NCBI GenBank assembly: GCA_963717145.1
Contig: OY970325.1
Coordinates: 4,576,001 to 4,640,000, forward strand
DNA length: 64,000 nucleotides
Origin: an uncultured Armatimonadetes bacterium
GTDB lineage: Bacteria; Armatimonadota; UBA5829; DTJY01
Reading direction: 5' to 3'
Shown: positions 42,005-51,651 of the stretch, piece after piece
How positions within the stretch are numbered: the stretch's first letter is position 1
Layout of the letters: each line of letters opens with the position of its first letter
Made by a program: the position numbers and the translations under genes
Notes under the pieces: generated by a model
What the model was told of the DNA's origin: nothing
The model's input: the letters and a program-made list of their open reading frames with translations, nothing else
The model's database searches: none

Positions 42005-42454
42005 TTGCCAAGGATTGAGAGTTCGGTGCTGATCAACGGTGATCTGGAGAAGACATACACGCTGGCCAAGAACGTCGAGGCCTTCCCGGAGTTCATGCCG
42101 GACGTCAAGAGTGTTACCGTTTTGGAGCGCGACAAAGATGGCAATAGCGTGCTCACCGAGTTTGTCGGCATCGTCAGGGAGTTTCGGACCACCCTCAAGT
42201 GGGTCGAGGAGGATCAGTGGGACGACCAGGCCAAAACGTGCCGATTCACGCTCAGGAAGGGCGACTTCAAGAGCTACTCGGGACAGTGGGTTTTTGAAAC
42301 CGAGGACGGGGTCACCAAGTTCACCTCGGTCATCGACTTCGAGTACGATATCCCGATGCTCGGTCCGCTTCTGAAGGCCCTGGTCGCACGGAAGATGCAG
42401 CAGAACGTCGACGGGATGCTCCGGGCGATCAAAGAGCAAGTCGAGTGCGAGTAG
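42005..42454 (+). CDS. SRPBCC/START (polyketide cyclase/RatA-like) protein
   Basis: NVEAFPEFMPDV, GDFKSYSGQW; TTG start after AGGAGG. Confidence 0.88.
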   Translation: MPRIESSVLINGDLEKTYTLAKNVEAFPEFMPDVKSVTVLERDKDGNSVLTEFVGIVREFRTTLKWVEEDQWDDQAKTCRFTLRKGDFKSYSGQWVFETEDGVTKFTSVIDFEYDIPMLGPLLKALVARKMQQNVDGMLRAIKEQVECE

Positions 42455-42482
42455 GTTGGGGACTCTTGGAGCGAAAGGGTCA

Positions 42483-43825
42483 ATGAAGAAATACGACGTC
42501 ATCATAATCGGGGCCGGGCCCGCAGGTATCTTCGCGGCCCTCGAACTCGCGAAGATCGACGGCCTCAAGGTCGCGATCATCGACAAGGGCTCCGACATCG
42601 AAGACCGTGTGAGCGCGCCTAAGCGCTCCCTCCTCTCGGGCTGGGGAGGCGCGGCGCATTCTCCGACGGGAAGCTCACCCTCTCCACCGAGGTCGGCGGC
42701 CAACTCAATGCCTACGTCTCCGACGAGGAACTCCTCCGCCTGATCAAGTACGTCGACCAGATCTACATCGATTTCGGCGCGCCGGACAGGGTCTACGGCA
42801 CCAACGAGGACGAGGTGGAGCAGCTCGCCCACCGTGCGATCCTTGCCGACCTGAAGCTGATCCCGAGCGCCATCCGCCACGTGGGAACGGACCAGTGGCC
42901 GACCCTCCTCCGCGCGATGCACGAGGTAATCGAGCAGCGGGTCGACATCATGATGGAGACGAACGTCGCTCGCCTGATCGTTCACAACAACCGCGTCGGT
43001 GGCGTGGAACTGACCTCGGGCGACGCGATCGAGGCCGACTATGTCATCGCCGCTCCCGGTCGCGAGGGCGCGGACTGGCTGCTCGAGGAAGCGCGCAGGC
43101 TCGGGCTCGAAGCGATCAACAACCCGGTCGATGTCGGCGTCCGAGTCGAGCTTCCCGCTCCGATCCTCGAGGAGATTACCAGCAAGGTCTACGAGCCGAA
43201 GCTGATCTTCTACTCGCGCCTCTTCGGTGATAAGGTGCGAACCTTCTGTGTCTGCCCCCATGGTGAAGTCGTGATCGAGCACAACGAGAGCGTCACGACG
43301 GTCAACGGCCACAGTTACGCGCATCAGAAGACCGCCAACACGAACTTTGCGCTGCTCGTCTCGACCATGTTCACCGAGCCGTTCCGCGAGCCGATCACCT
43401 ACGGCCGGTACATCGCGTCGCTCTCGAACCTGATCAGCGGAAGTGTGATCGTTCAGCGGCTCGGCGACCTGAAGATGGGCCGGCGCTCGACTTGGTCGCG
43501 CATCGAGAGCGGGCTGACAGCACCGACGCTCAAGACGGCGGTCCCCGGCGACCTGAGCTTCGTGCTGCCGTACCGCTATCTCTCGGGCATCATGGAGATA
43601 CTGGAGGCGATGGACAAGCTCGCGCCGGGAGTGGCGTCGAGGCACACGCTCCTCTACGGGGTCGAGGTGAAGTTCTACTCATCGAGGCTGAAGCTCACTC
43701 CATCGCTGGAGACGGACATCGAGAACCTCTTCACCATCGGCGACGGGGCGGGCGTCACACGCGGCCTCGTCCAGGCATCGGTCGCGGGCGTCATCGCGAC
43801 CCGCGAGATCGTGAAGAGGCGGTAG
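42483..43825 (+). CDS. NAD(P)/FAD-dependent oxidoreductase, frameshift near 42653
   Basis: IIGAGPAG; GWGGAG-AFSDGKL restored by one extra G; RHVGTD, GVEVKFYS, IGDGAGVTRG. Confidence 0.85.
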
Positions 43826-43943
43826 CTTTGGAGTGCGATGGCTCGACATCGCTTTGATCCGGGCGGCTTGACGCCCTCCGGAAGGCCGCCGTGTCCAGCC
43901 ACGGTTCGTGAAAGCGATGTCGAGCTATCGCACTCCAAAGCTA
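43823..43943. repeat. TTGGAGTGCG-family REP doublet between convergent genes
   Basis: tagctttggagtgcgatggctcgacatcgcttt … aaagcgatgtcgagctatcgcactccaaagcta; both stop codons lie at the arm ends. Confidence 0.9.
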
Positions 43944-45338
43944 CGGTCGGGTGATCTCCACGCCGGTGTAGTAGTGCTTGAGGACGTCCACGTAGGTGAT
44001 TCCGTCGCGGGACTTCGCGAGGCCGTTCGCGCCCCATTGACAGAGCCCGACGCCGTGCCCGTAGCCTCTCCCCTCGATGACGTACTTGCCCTCGGGGGTC
44101 ACGGTGAGCGCCATCCGGGTGCTCATGATCGTGCTCAAGCCGAAGAGGTCCCTGAACCGCGAGCCGCTGATCCGCTTCTCGCCATCCTGACCTTTGATGA
44201 TGATCGTCCGGACGCGCCCCGAGCCGTCGTATTCCGCGAACTCCATCGAGATCAACTTCCCGACCTTTGTGCTCGATGAGCGCGAGAACACCTTCGCCAG
44301 GTCCTCGACGGAGTACGTCTTCGTCCAAGTGTGCGCGCGGCTTGATGCGCAGTAGTCACCATCCGTCGGCCTCTCGAACTCGGTCATCGCAGGCCTGGGG
44401 CAGGCTTCTGACTGGTCTGACCCGTCTGACCCGTCCGACTGTTCACCGATCACCGATGACTGATCACCGATCACCGGCCTCACGAGACACGGTTCCCCGC
44501 AGGCGTTGTCCACCACCGACTTCATGTAGGCGGTCTTCATCATCCCCGAGTCCTCGCTCGACTGGGTCATCCCGCCGCAATCGGCCGAATAGCACGCGAA
44601 GATCGGCTCGCCCTTGTAGGTGATGATCTCACCCCGCGTGGCATCCACGATCTTCCGCACCCAGTCCGCCTCCCGGTCCGCGCCTGCGAAACCCTGGCAG
44701 TGGACGCCGTCGCACACGTTGAAGCCCTCGGACTTGTGGCGATCGACACTTCGAATCGCATACGTCCGCGCCGCGACGACGAGCGCCTTCTGGGCCTCGG
44801 GATGGAAGCTCGCGGGGATCTCGGTCGGGGTCACGCCGTAGAGGTAGTGCTCGACGCTCAACTCGTTGATGACAGTGAGCCTCGATCCGCCGCGGATTTC
44901 GAGTGTCTCGCGGTAGTGCTTGTACCGGAGCTTCGGGTCGGTGATCTCCAGCATCCCCTCCGCGGTCTGCGTGGCGATCTTCAGCGGCCCCTTGAACGTC
45001 GGCGGCTCCTGAGCCGGTTCCGACACGTCCGACACGTCCGACACCTCCGGTGCTTCGGACGTTGTCTCCACCTCGAACAGCTTCTCCCTGAGCCGGATCG
45101 TGATCTCCTTGCCGGCCTCGATCTCTGCGATCACCGTCTTGGTATCCAGATCGGTGACCGTCATCGGCTCGTCGGCCTTGATCGTGAGCGAGGCGGGATG
45201 TCCCACGCACGACTGAAGCCCGACGCGGATGGTCTGCGGAATCGCGGGAACAGCGGATGAGGCGGAAACCGTCAAAACAAGTAAGAAGAGGGCGTGCATG
45301 AGTAGGGGAATGCGTGAGAGCAAGGCCTTTGCGGTCAA
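43941..45338 (-). CDS. SpoIID/LytB-domain protein
   Basis: INELSVEHYLYGV, EAQKA…AARTYA, GRGYGHGVGLCQWGA, LKHYY; TTG start after AGGAGGT just downstream of the tRNA. Confidence 0.9.
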   Translation of the reverse strand: MTAKALLSRIPLLMHALFLLVLTVSASSAVPAIPQTIRVGLQSCVGHPASLTIKADEPMTVTDLDTKTVIAEIEAGKEITIRLREKLFEVETTSEAPEVSDVSDVSEPAQEPPTFKGPLKIATQTAEGMLEITDPKLRYKHYRETLEIRGGSRLTVINELSVEHYLYGVTPTEIPASFHPEAQKALVVAARTYAIRSVDRHKSEGFNVCDGVHCQGFAGADREADWVRKIVDATRGEIITYKGEPIFACYSADCGGMTQSSEDSGMMKTAYMKSVVDNACGEPCLVRPVIGDQSSVIGEQSDGSDGSDQSEACPRPAMTEFERPTDGDYCASSRAHTWTKTYSVEDLAKVFSRSSSTKVGKLISMEFAEYDGSGRVRTIIIKGQDGEKRISGSRFRDLFGLSTIMSTRMALTVTPEGKYVIEGRGYGHGVGLCQWGANGLAKSRDGITYVDVLKHYYTGVEITRP

Positions 45339-45360
45339 GTGAGAGACCTCCTTGCCTGAG

Positions 45361-45438
<78 letters not shown>

Positions 45439-45447
45439 ACTGCGCAC

Positions 45448-45477
45448 AATAATACCACAAAAGCCGAGTTTGCGCAA
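45448..45477 (-). promoter_or_regulatory. tRNA-Pro promoter
   Basis: Minus strand TTGCGC-N17-TATTAT. Confidence 0.65.
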
Positions 45478-45506
45478 CTGGCCAAAAGAGTTCACGATCC
45501 ATGATG

Positions 45507-45587
45507 GCGGCTGTCATTCTGAACGTAGTGAAGAATCTGGCCGTGCAGCTAAGCCAGATTCTTCACTACGTTCAGAATGACAGCCGC
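45507..45587. repeat. GTCATTCTGA-family palindrome flanked by 18-bp direct repeats
   Basis: gcggctgtcattctgaacgtagtgaagaatctggc and its perfect reverse complement; ttgcgcaactggccaaaa at 45470-45487 and 45617-45634. Confidence 0.9.
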
Positions 45588-45616
45588 TGGGCTATACGAT
45601 CAACGAGCGTGAACTG

Positions 45617-45645
45617 TTGCGCAACTGGCCAAAATCCTGTAATGT
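45617..45645 (+). promoter_or_regulatory. M16 operon promoter
   Basis: TTGCGC-N17-TAATGT. Confidence 0.5.
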
Positions 45646-45678
45646 TAAGGAGCGTAACTGCGTAATAAGTAACGAGTA

Positions 45679-47070
45679 ATGCTGAAACCAAGGCTTCACA
45701 TCATCATAGCCGCGCTTCTCGTCCTCGCGTTGGCATCCGTTCGCGCGGATGAAGTCTCGGCCACGACTCTCCCGAGCGGGCTGAAGGTCATCGTCAGTGA
45801 GGGGCACGCCGTGAACCTCGCGGCGATCGACATCTGGGTCCGGGCGGGGAGCATCAACGAGACGGCGGCGAACTGCGGCGTCTCCCACTTCATCGAGCAC
45901 ATGATCTTCAAGGCCACCGACAAGCACGGTCCCGGCGAGATCGACCGCGTGATCGAGAGTCTCGGCGCGGACCTGAACGGCGGCACGACGGAGGACTACA
46001 CGCACTACTACACGACAGTTCCGAGCGCGGATCTGCCCTCCGCCCTGAACGTCATCGCCGATGCGATCGTGCATCCGAAGTTCAGCGCGGAGGAGATGGA
46101 GAAGGAGCGCCGCGTCATCCTCGATGAACTCGCTCGCAGGGACAGCGACCCGGCACAGCGCGCGCTCGATGTGCTCGACAGCCTGATCTTTCCCACCCAT
46201 CCGTACGGTCGCTCGATGGCCGGGACCCGTGACACGATCGGCAAGCTGACCCGCGACGACCTGGCAGCCTACTACTCGGCGCATTTCACCCCGGCGACCA
46301 CGTCGGTCGTGATCGCCGGCGACGTCTCGAAGGCCGACACCCTCGCCCTCGTCGAGAAGGCGTTCCAGGGCTATGACCGCGCGGCTCCCGTGGACGCCGT
46401 AGTGGCCGTGCCTCCGCGCCGGCCTGATGCGGTGGATGGCCCACAAGATACGAACGAAGGCCGGCACGGAGGCACGGCCACTACGCTGACAGATGAGCCG
46501 TTCACCTCTCCGCGCACTCAGCGAGTGACAGGCAAGGTCTCCCAGGCATACGTGGCCGTCGGATTCCGCGCGCCGGGGGTCGCCGATTTCAAGGAGGCTT
46601 GCGCCCTCGATGCCATGCTGATCCTCTTCGGCGAAACGGCCCACGGACGCATCGCAGATGCGCTCACCGCAGCGGGCATTCCGTTCATTCGGATCAAGGC
46701 CGACTACATCACCCACCGCGAACCGAGCATCTTCTCGGTCATCGCGGCGGTCGATCCCGCGGATGCGGACCGAGTAGTATTGGCGATCGTCGGCGAGTTC
46801 GCCAAGCCGACGAAGTACGCGGTCTCCGAGGACGAGCTGTCGTATGCGAAGCGGGTGATCGTCGGGAGCGATCTCTTCGAGCAGGAGACGTTCGCCGGCC
46901 AGGCGCGGGCGCTCGGATTCTATGACTCGCTCCAGTCCTACGACCTCTCGCTGAAGTACATCGAGACGGTTCGGAGCATCACCCCCGCCGATATCACCGC
47001 CCTCGCGCGGAAGTACTTCACCACCGATCGTTACGCCGTCGCCATCCTCGAACCGGAGGCAGCGAAATGA
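45679..47070 (+). CDS. M16 (pitrilysin) zinc peptidase, catalytic subunit
   Basis: Signal peptide, GVSHFIEHMIFK (HxxEH), ERRVILDE, HPYGR. Confidence 0.93.
   Translation: MLKPRLHIIIAALLVLALASVRADEVSATTLPSGLKVIVSEGHAVNLAAIDIWVRAGSINETAANCGVSHFIEHMIFKATDKHGPGEIDRVIESLGADLNGGTTEDYTHYYTTVPSADLPSALNVIADAIVHPKFSAEEMEKERRVILDELARRDSDPAQRALDVLDSLIFPTHPYGRSMAGTRDTIGKLTRDDLAAYYSAHFTPATTSVVIAGDVSKADTLALVEKAFQGYDRAAPVDAVVAVPPRRPDAVDGPQDTNEGRHGGTATTLTDEPFTSPRTQRVTGKVSQAYVAVGFRAPGVADFKEACALDAMLILFGETAHGRIADALTAAGIPFIRIKADYITHREPSIFSVIAAVDPADADRVVLAIVGEFAKPTKYAVSEDELSYAKRVIVGSDLFEQETFAGQARALGFYDSLQSYDLSLKYIETVRSITPADITALARKYFTTDRYAVAILEPEAAK
46398..46485. repeat. GTAG REP doublet in frame within the first M16 gene
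   Basis: cgtagtggccgtgcctccgcgccggcc … ggccggcacggaggcacggccactacg. Confidence 0.9.
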
Positions 47071-48440
47071 GCGGATCGTGTAGTGGCCGTGCCTCCGTGC
47101 CGGCCTCCAACGTAGCAAGGCCGGCACGGAGGCACGGCCACTACATGATCTGCTTGTGCGCCCTGATGCTCCTCCTCCCGGCGATCGCACATGCCGCAGT
47201 CGAGAAGACCATCCTGAGCAACGGCCTCACCCTCATGGTCAAGCGCGAGCCCGAGTCCCGGACCGCCGCCATCGAGGTCTTCATCCGCGTCGGCGCGGCC
47301 CAGGAGAACAAACAGACCGCCGGGATCGGGCATCTCCTCGCCGGCACGCTGCTATCGGGCTCGGAAGGACGCACTCCCCGCAAGCTCTCGGAACTCGTGT
47401 CGGAGGTTGGCGGCAACTTCCACGCCGTCTGGCAGTGGGACTACATCGAGATCTACGCCGTGACGCTCCCGGGGATGTGCGACGAGGCGATCGGCCTGCT
47501 CGCGGAGTCGATCTCGCGGCCCTCTTTCGAGCCGGATGCCATCGAGAGCGCCAGGTCCGCGATCCTCAAGCAGATGAAGGCGCTCGAGGACAATCAGTAC
47601 AGCACCGGGTACAACATGCTCGCCGCGCAGGCCCACAAGGGCGATCCCTATGGCAGGCCCTACCTCGGCGATCCGGACGTCATCAGGGCGATCAACCGCC
47701 CGCAGTTGGAGGCATTCTACCGCAAGTACGTCGTCCCCAGCAGCATTGTGATCTCCGTCGTCGGCAACGTCGATCCCATGCGCATCTCGCGGCTCGTCGA
47801 GTTGCGGTTCGGCGGGATGGACTTCGCGCCCCAGAAGCCGACCGGCGTGCCATTCCGCTTCCGTCCCGAACCGCCCGAGGAGCCCGAGCCGCCCGCGCCC
47901 GAGCAAACCGCAGCCTCATACGTGATGCTCGGCTGGGTCGCGCCCGGAGCGGCGGACAAGGATTACCCCGCCGCGTGCATCGCGAACGTGCTCCTCGGCG
48001 GCAACAAGAGTTCGCTGATGTTCACGAAGCTGCGGGAAGGGCAGGGGATCGGGTATCAGGTCGGGAGCATCTACCCCCCGCTCAGGAAGTCCGGGCACAT
48101 CGCGGCGTATGTCGGGCTCGATTCCTCGCGCGGCGGCCCGGAGGTCACGCAGGCGGTCAAGACATCGGTGATGGGATTGGCCACGACCCTCGCGACCGGC
48201 GACTTCACGGATGAGGACATCGAGCGCGCCAAGAGCTACCTCATCGGATCGCACGCCCTGAAGCATGAGCGCGCCCGCGACCGGTCCTACTATCTGGGCC
48301 TCTACGAAGCGCTCGGCCTCGGCTTCCGGTACGACTCGACCTACGCGGCCTCGATCCGAGCGGTCACCCGCCCGGACCTCGAACGCGTCTGCGCCTTCAT
48401 CTTCATCGCCTCCCCGACCGTCGTCACCGTGGGGAGGTAG
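47067..48440 (+). CDS. M16 peptidase, non-catalytic subunit (start 47067 or 47145)
   Basis: LSNGL, GIGHLLAG (no HxxEH), SSLMFTKLRE…GY; ATGA overlap with the upstream gene. Confidence 0.9.
   Translation: MSGSCSGRASVPASNVARPARRHGHYMICLCALMLLLPAIAHAAVEKTILSNGLTLMVKREPESRTAAIEVFIRVGAAQENKQTAGIGHLLAGTLLSGSEGRTPRKLSELVSEVGGNFHAVWQWDYIEIYAVTLPGMCDEAIGLLAESISRPSFEPDAIESARSAILKQMKALEDNQYSTGYNMLAAQAHKGDPYGRPYLGDPDVIRAINRPQLEAFYRKYVVPSSIVISVVGNVDPMRISRLVELRFGGMDFAPQKPTGVPFRFRPEPPEEPEPPAPEQTAASYVMLGWVAPGAADKDYPAACIANVLLGGNKSSLMFTKLREGQGIGYQVGSIYPPLRKSGHIAAYVGLDSSRGGPEVTQAVKTSVMGLATTLATGDFTDEDIERAKSYLIGSHALKHERARDRSYYLGLYEALGLGFRYDSTYAASIRAVTRPDLERVCAFIFIASPTVVTVGR
47079..47145. repeat. GTAG REP doublet at the 5' end of the second M16 gene
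   Basis: tgtagtggccgtgcctccgtgccggcct … aggccggcacggaggcacggccactaca. Confidence 0.9.
48304..48440 (+). repeat. Direct repeat copy 1: M16 gene 3' end
   Basis: Ungapped 137-nt match to 62021-62157 with 21 mismatches by manual count. Confidence 0.93.
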
Positions 48441-48531
48441 CCTTCCTACTCATACTCCTAATCGTGATCGTACTCGTCCCCCGCCTCTCGTCTCTTCCGC
48501 TTGTTCTGTGGTATAATATCCGGGCGAGGAC

Positions 48532-48818
48532 ATGATGCATATCGGCCGCCTGGTTTTCAGAACGCACGAATCGAGCGAATGTTCAGACGATCCATCTCCG
48601 CCGACGACGTGCGGCGTGTGCTCTCATCCGGAGAGGTCATAGAGGACTATCCTCATGACACGCCATATCCCAGTCGGCTGATGCTTGGCTGGTGTGACAA
48701 TCGTGCGGTTCACGTCGTGGCCGCATGTAACCTCGATGCGAATGAGACCGTGGTCATCACGGTCTACGAGCCGGACCCCAAGCGGTGGTCGGTGGATTTC
48801 AGAAGGAGAAAGCAGTGA
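48532..48818 (+). CDS. DUF4258 family putative toxin, 1-nt deletion near 48568
   Basis: MMHIGRLVFRTH(A)IERMFRRSIS…VIEDYP…PYPSRL…VHVV…ITVYEPD; TGTGGTATAAT upstream. Confidence 0.8.
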
Positions 48819-49042
48819 AGTGCGTCATCTGCAAGCATGGTGAGACAGAGCCTGGGACGACTACGGTCACCCTTGAGCGGGACGGCATGACTCTCGTCAT
48901 CAAGGGAGTGCCCGCGCAGCTATGTGCCAACTGCGGCGAGGCGTATGTCGATGAGGAAACCACCTCCGGCCTACTCGCGACTGCCGAACAGCTCGTGAAG
49001 TCCGGCACCGAGGTCGAGATCAGGGAATACATGGCGGCGTAG
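48815..49042 (+). CDS. YgiT-type zinc-finger (MqsA-like) putative antitoxin
   Basis: KCVIC…VPAQLCANCGE; GTGA overlap with the toxin. Confidence 0.88.
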   Translation: MKCVICKHGETEPGTTTVTLERDGMTLVIKGVPAQLCANCGEAYVDEETTSGLLATAEQLVKSGTEVEIREYMAA

Positions 49043-49080
49043 AAGCACCTCCTCCTCGGCTACCGGTACGACATCGCCTC
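49042..49080 (+). repeat. Decayed partial copy of the M16 3'-end repeat
   Basis: gaagcacctcctcctcggctaccggtacgac vs gaagcgctcggcctcggcttccggtacgac. Confidence 0.55.
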
Positions 49081-49180
49081 CCCCCGCCGCCGTCGCGCCG
49101 CCATTGACCGCCTGCCTGAGACGTGATACCCTTATCACAAGCATGCAATCCGTCGCCGGGGGATTCCCAGGACATTCCGG

Positions 49181-51412
49181 ATGCCATACTCACTCCACCA
49201 GCAGCTCAAGCTGTTCAGTCGCGACCGCTTCGAGGAACTCTGCGGCCAACTCCTCAAGGCCGAGGACCCCTCGGTCGTCCCCGTCGAGGGCGCGGGCGGC
49301 GACGAGGGCGTCGACATATACAAGGGGCCGCTCGACACACCGAAGAACGAGCGCGCGGGCGAGAAGCTCCACGTCTGGCAGGTCAAGCACTTCCCCACGG
49401 GCCTAGGCGTGAGCCAGAAGAAACAGGCCAGAGAGTCCCTCAAGCGGGTGATCGCGACCCAGGACCCGGATAGCTGGACTCTCTGCGTCCCCTTCGAGTT
49501 CTCGCTCGGCGACCGCAGGTGGCTCGAAGACCTGCGGAAGGAATACCCCGGGCGCATCACTGAGCCGCTCGACGCCCCGGCGATCATGGCGCTCCTCGGC
49601 AAGCCGGAGAACCGGTCTCTTCTCGATGCGCACTTCCTCCTGCCGACCGATCAGCGGATCGCGAAGGAAGTGCTCGACCTCCTGACCGACTTCGACCTCG
49701 TGAGCGAGCGCCTGAGTGAGGAGAAGCTGCCCACGAAGACCGAGAGCGAGTTCTACAACGGCGCTGTCGCCGACTGGAAGGACATCTATGACGACCTGGA
49801 CGCCCGACGGGAGATCATCGGCGAGCTGTGGGACTTCGTGCTCGAGGCCGAGAAGAGCACCGGGGCGCTCGTGCCGTTCGCGGTGCTCACCGGGCTGAGC
49901 GGGGAGGGGAAGTCGACCGTCCTGCGTCGTCTCGCCGCCGAGTTGGTCCGCTCCGGGCGCAACGAGGTCTTCTGGCACAAGCCCGGCCGGAACGACCTGT
50001 CCGCCGAGCAGTTCTGCCATATGCCCAGAGGCGCGCTGGTCTATATCTTCATCGACAGCATCATGCTCTTTGGCCCGGACGCGATCGGGGGATTCCTCCA
50101 GCGGCTGAGGGACTTCCCGATCCGGCCGATCGTGATCTCAGCGGCGATCAACTCCCAATGGGACGGGTCAAGGCTGAATGTCGGCCAGTTCGCCGATGTC
50201 CGGGAGATCGAACTGGCGCACATGAGCCTGGCCGATGTGGAAACGCTTCTCGACAAGCTCTCCGAGGACGAAGAGCGTGCATCCGAGAACCTCGGCAAGC
50301 TGGCTAGGCTGAGCAGGGAGCAGCAGGTCAGCTGGTTCACGAAGGATGCCAAGCGGCAGCTCCTGGTTGCGCTGATCGAGGCCAAGGGCGGGCAGGGGTT
50401 CGAGCAGCACGTACTCGACGAGCTTCGGAAGCTCGACGGGGGTGAGGATGACCTCGTCCGTCAGGCCTGCATCTACGTCAGCGCCCTCCACCGCTTCGAC
50501 CTTCGCATGCCGAAGCGCCTCCTCCAGCGCCTCCTCGGGGAGGATGTCCTCCTCGAAGACCAGGTCCTCTCCAAGACCCACGGCCTCATCACCCTGATTT
50601 CCGACGAAGAGGAGTCGGTGATCACCCGCCATACTCTTGTCGCCCAGATCATCTACAAGTCCGAAGCCGGCGACAGCCCTGAGTGGTGCGAGCGGATTAT
50701 TGACGCGGGGGGGGAGGAAGATGACTTCCTGCTCTATTTCTGGTTGAGCGCAACGGTGGGTGCGAATCTCCGTCTGGCGATGCATCTGATAAGGCGTGAG
50801 AAGAAAGGCTCTTTCGGGGATGTCGGGATGGCTCCCACCTGGCCCTTATGGGATGAGCGTTGTGCCGAGCTCATGCGCAGCCGTGCATTCTACAGGAAGG
50901 CAACGCAAGAGGAGCCTGAGAATGCTAATCCCTGGTGCGAATGGGCGCATGTAGAGAACGCACTGGGGAACACCGGGGAGAAGGAAGACCCCGAGGCCTA
51001 CACCGCGAGGTGGCTGTTCATGAGGGCGACAGAGGCGGATCCGCACTACGCTTGGCTTTGGGAACAGTGGGCGGACATGGAGAAGGACGATGGAAACTGG
51101 GATGCTGCCGAGGGGTTGTACCGACGATCATTGAAGGAGACAGGCAAACCGCTATACCGCAGCCATGTGCATCACAAGTTGGGCGTCATGTTCTACTCGC
51201 TCGGTCGCATGGACGAAGCATGTGAGAACTTGGAACTGGCGGTCACCGAGATGTCTGGAGAATGGATGTCACACCACTGGCTCGCGCGTGCCTACCTGGA
51301 AAGACATCGTGTCGCGGACGCGGAGCGCCATTGCTGCATTGCGCTCAGACTCCAGCCAGACGACAGGGATACGCAGGAACTGCATGAGAAGATAAAGCGT
51401 GCCCGAGAGTAA
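49181..51412 (+). CDS. Restriction-endonuclease-like + STAND-like NTPase + TPR protein (Avs-like defence candidate)
   Basis: FEELC…GGDEGVD…QVK nuclease motif; GLSGEGKST Walker A; YIFID Walker B; C-terminal TPR/HAT repeats. Confidence 0.8.
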   Translation: MPYSLHQQLKLFSRDRFEELCGQLLKAEDPSVVPVEGAGGDEGVDIYKGPLDTPKNERAGEKLHVWQVKHFPTGLGVSQKKQARESLKRVIATQDPDSWTLCVPFEFSLGDRRWLEDLRKEYPGRITEPLDAPAIMALLGKPENRSLLDAHFLLPTDQRIAKEVLDLLTDFDLVSERLSEEKLPTKTESEFYNGAVADWKDIYDDLDARREIIGELWDFVLEAEKSTGALVPFAVLTGLSGEGKSTVLRRLAAELVRSGRNEVFWHKPGRNDLSAEQFCHMPRGALVYIFIDSIMLFGPDAIGGFLQRLRDFPIRPIVISAAINSQWDGSRLNVGQFADVREIELAHMSLADVETLLDKLSEDEERASENLGKLARLSREQQVSWFTKDAKRQLLVALIEAKGGQGFEQHVLDELRKLDGGEDDLVRQACIYVSALHRFDLRMPKRLLQRLLGEDVLLEDQVLSKTHGLITLISDEEESVITRHTLVAQIIYKSEAGDSPEWCERIIDAGGEEDDFLLYFWLSATVGANLRLAMHLIRREKKGSFGDVGMAPTWPLWDERCAELMRSRAFYRKATQEEPENANPWCEWAHVENALGNTGEKEDPEAYTARWLFMRATEADPHYAWLWEQWADMEKDDGNWDAAEGLYRRSLKETGKPLYRSHVHHKLGVMFYSLGRMDEACENLELAVTEMSGEWMSHHWLARAYLERHRVADAERHCCIALRLQPDDRDTQELHEKIKRARE

Positions 51413-51448
51413 GGGAAGCGCCGTCGGTGAGAATAGGTCGCACGTGCG

Positions 51449-51497
51449 GTTGAGACCGCGGGCGACGAAAGGCACGAAGTCCGCCTCCGCGGACTGG
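51449..51497. repeat. REP-like unit AGTCCGC-N-GCGGACT
   Basis: …ggcacgaagtccgcctccgcggactg hairpin. Confidence 0.6.
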
Positions 51498-51651
51498 GGC
51501 TGTGCCTCGGCAGACCGCCGATCTCCCTCCGAGTCAACTGCTGTTGGTGCGAGGCCTCGGAGTGTGACATCTGATTGGCTGAGTCTCCCGTCCATGCTAT
51601 AATAAGGCGGCGCTAGGCCGTCGATTCTACTTGAATGAGGAGGTCATCTTC

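Noticed and set aside
50707-50714. G8 tract as a phase-variation switch
   Set aside because: The ORF is intact and a G8 run in GC-rich DNA is weak evidence without read-level variation
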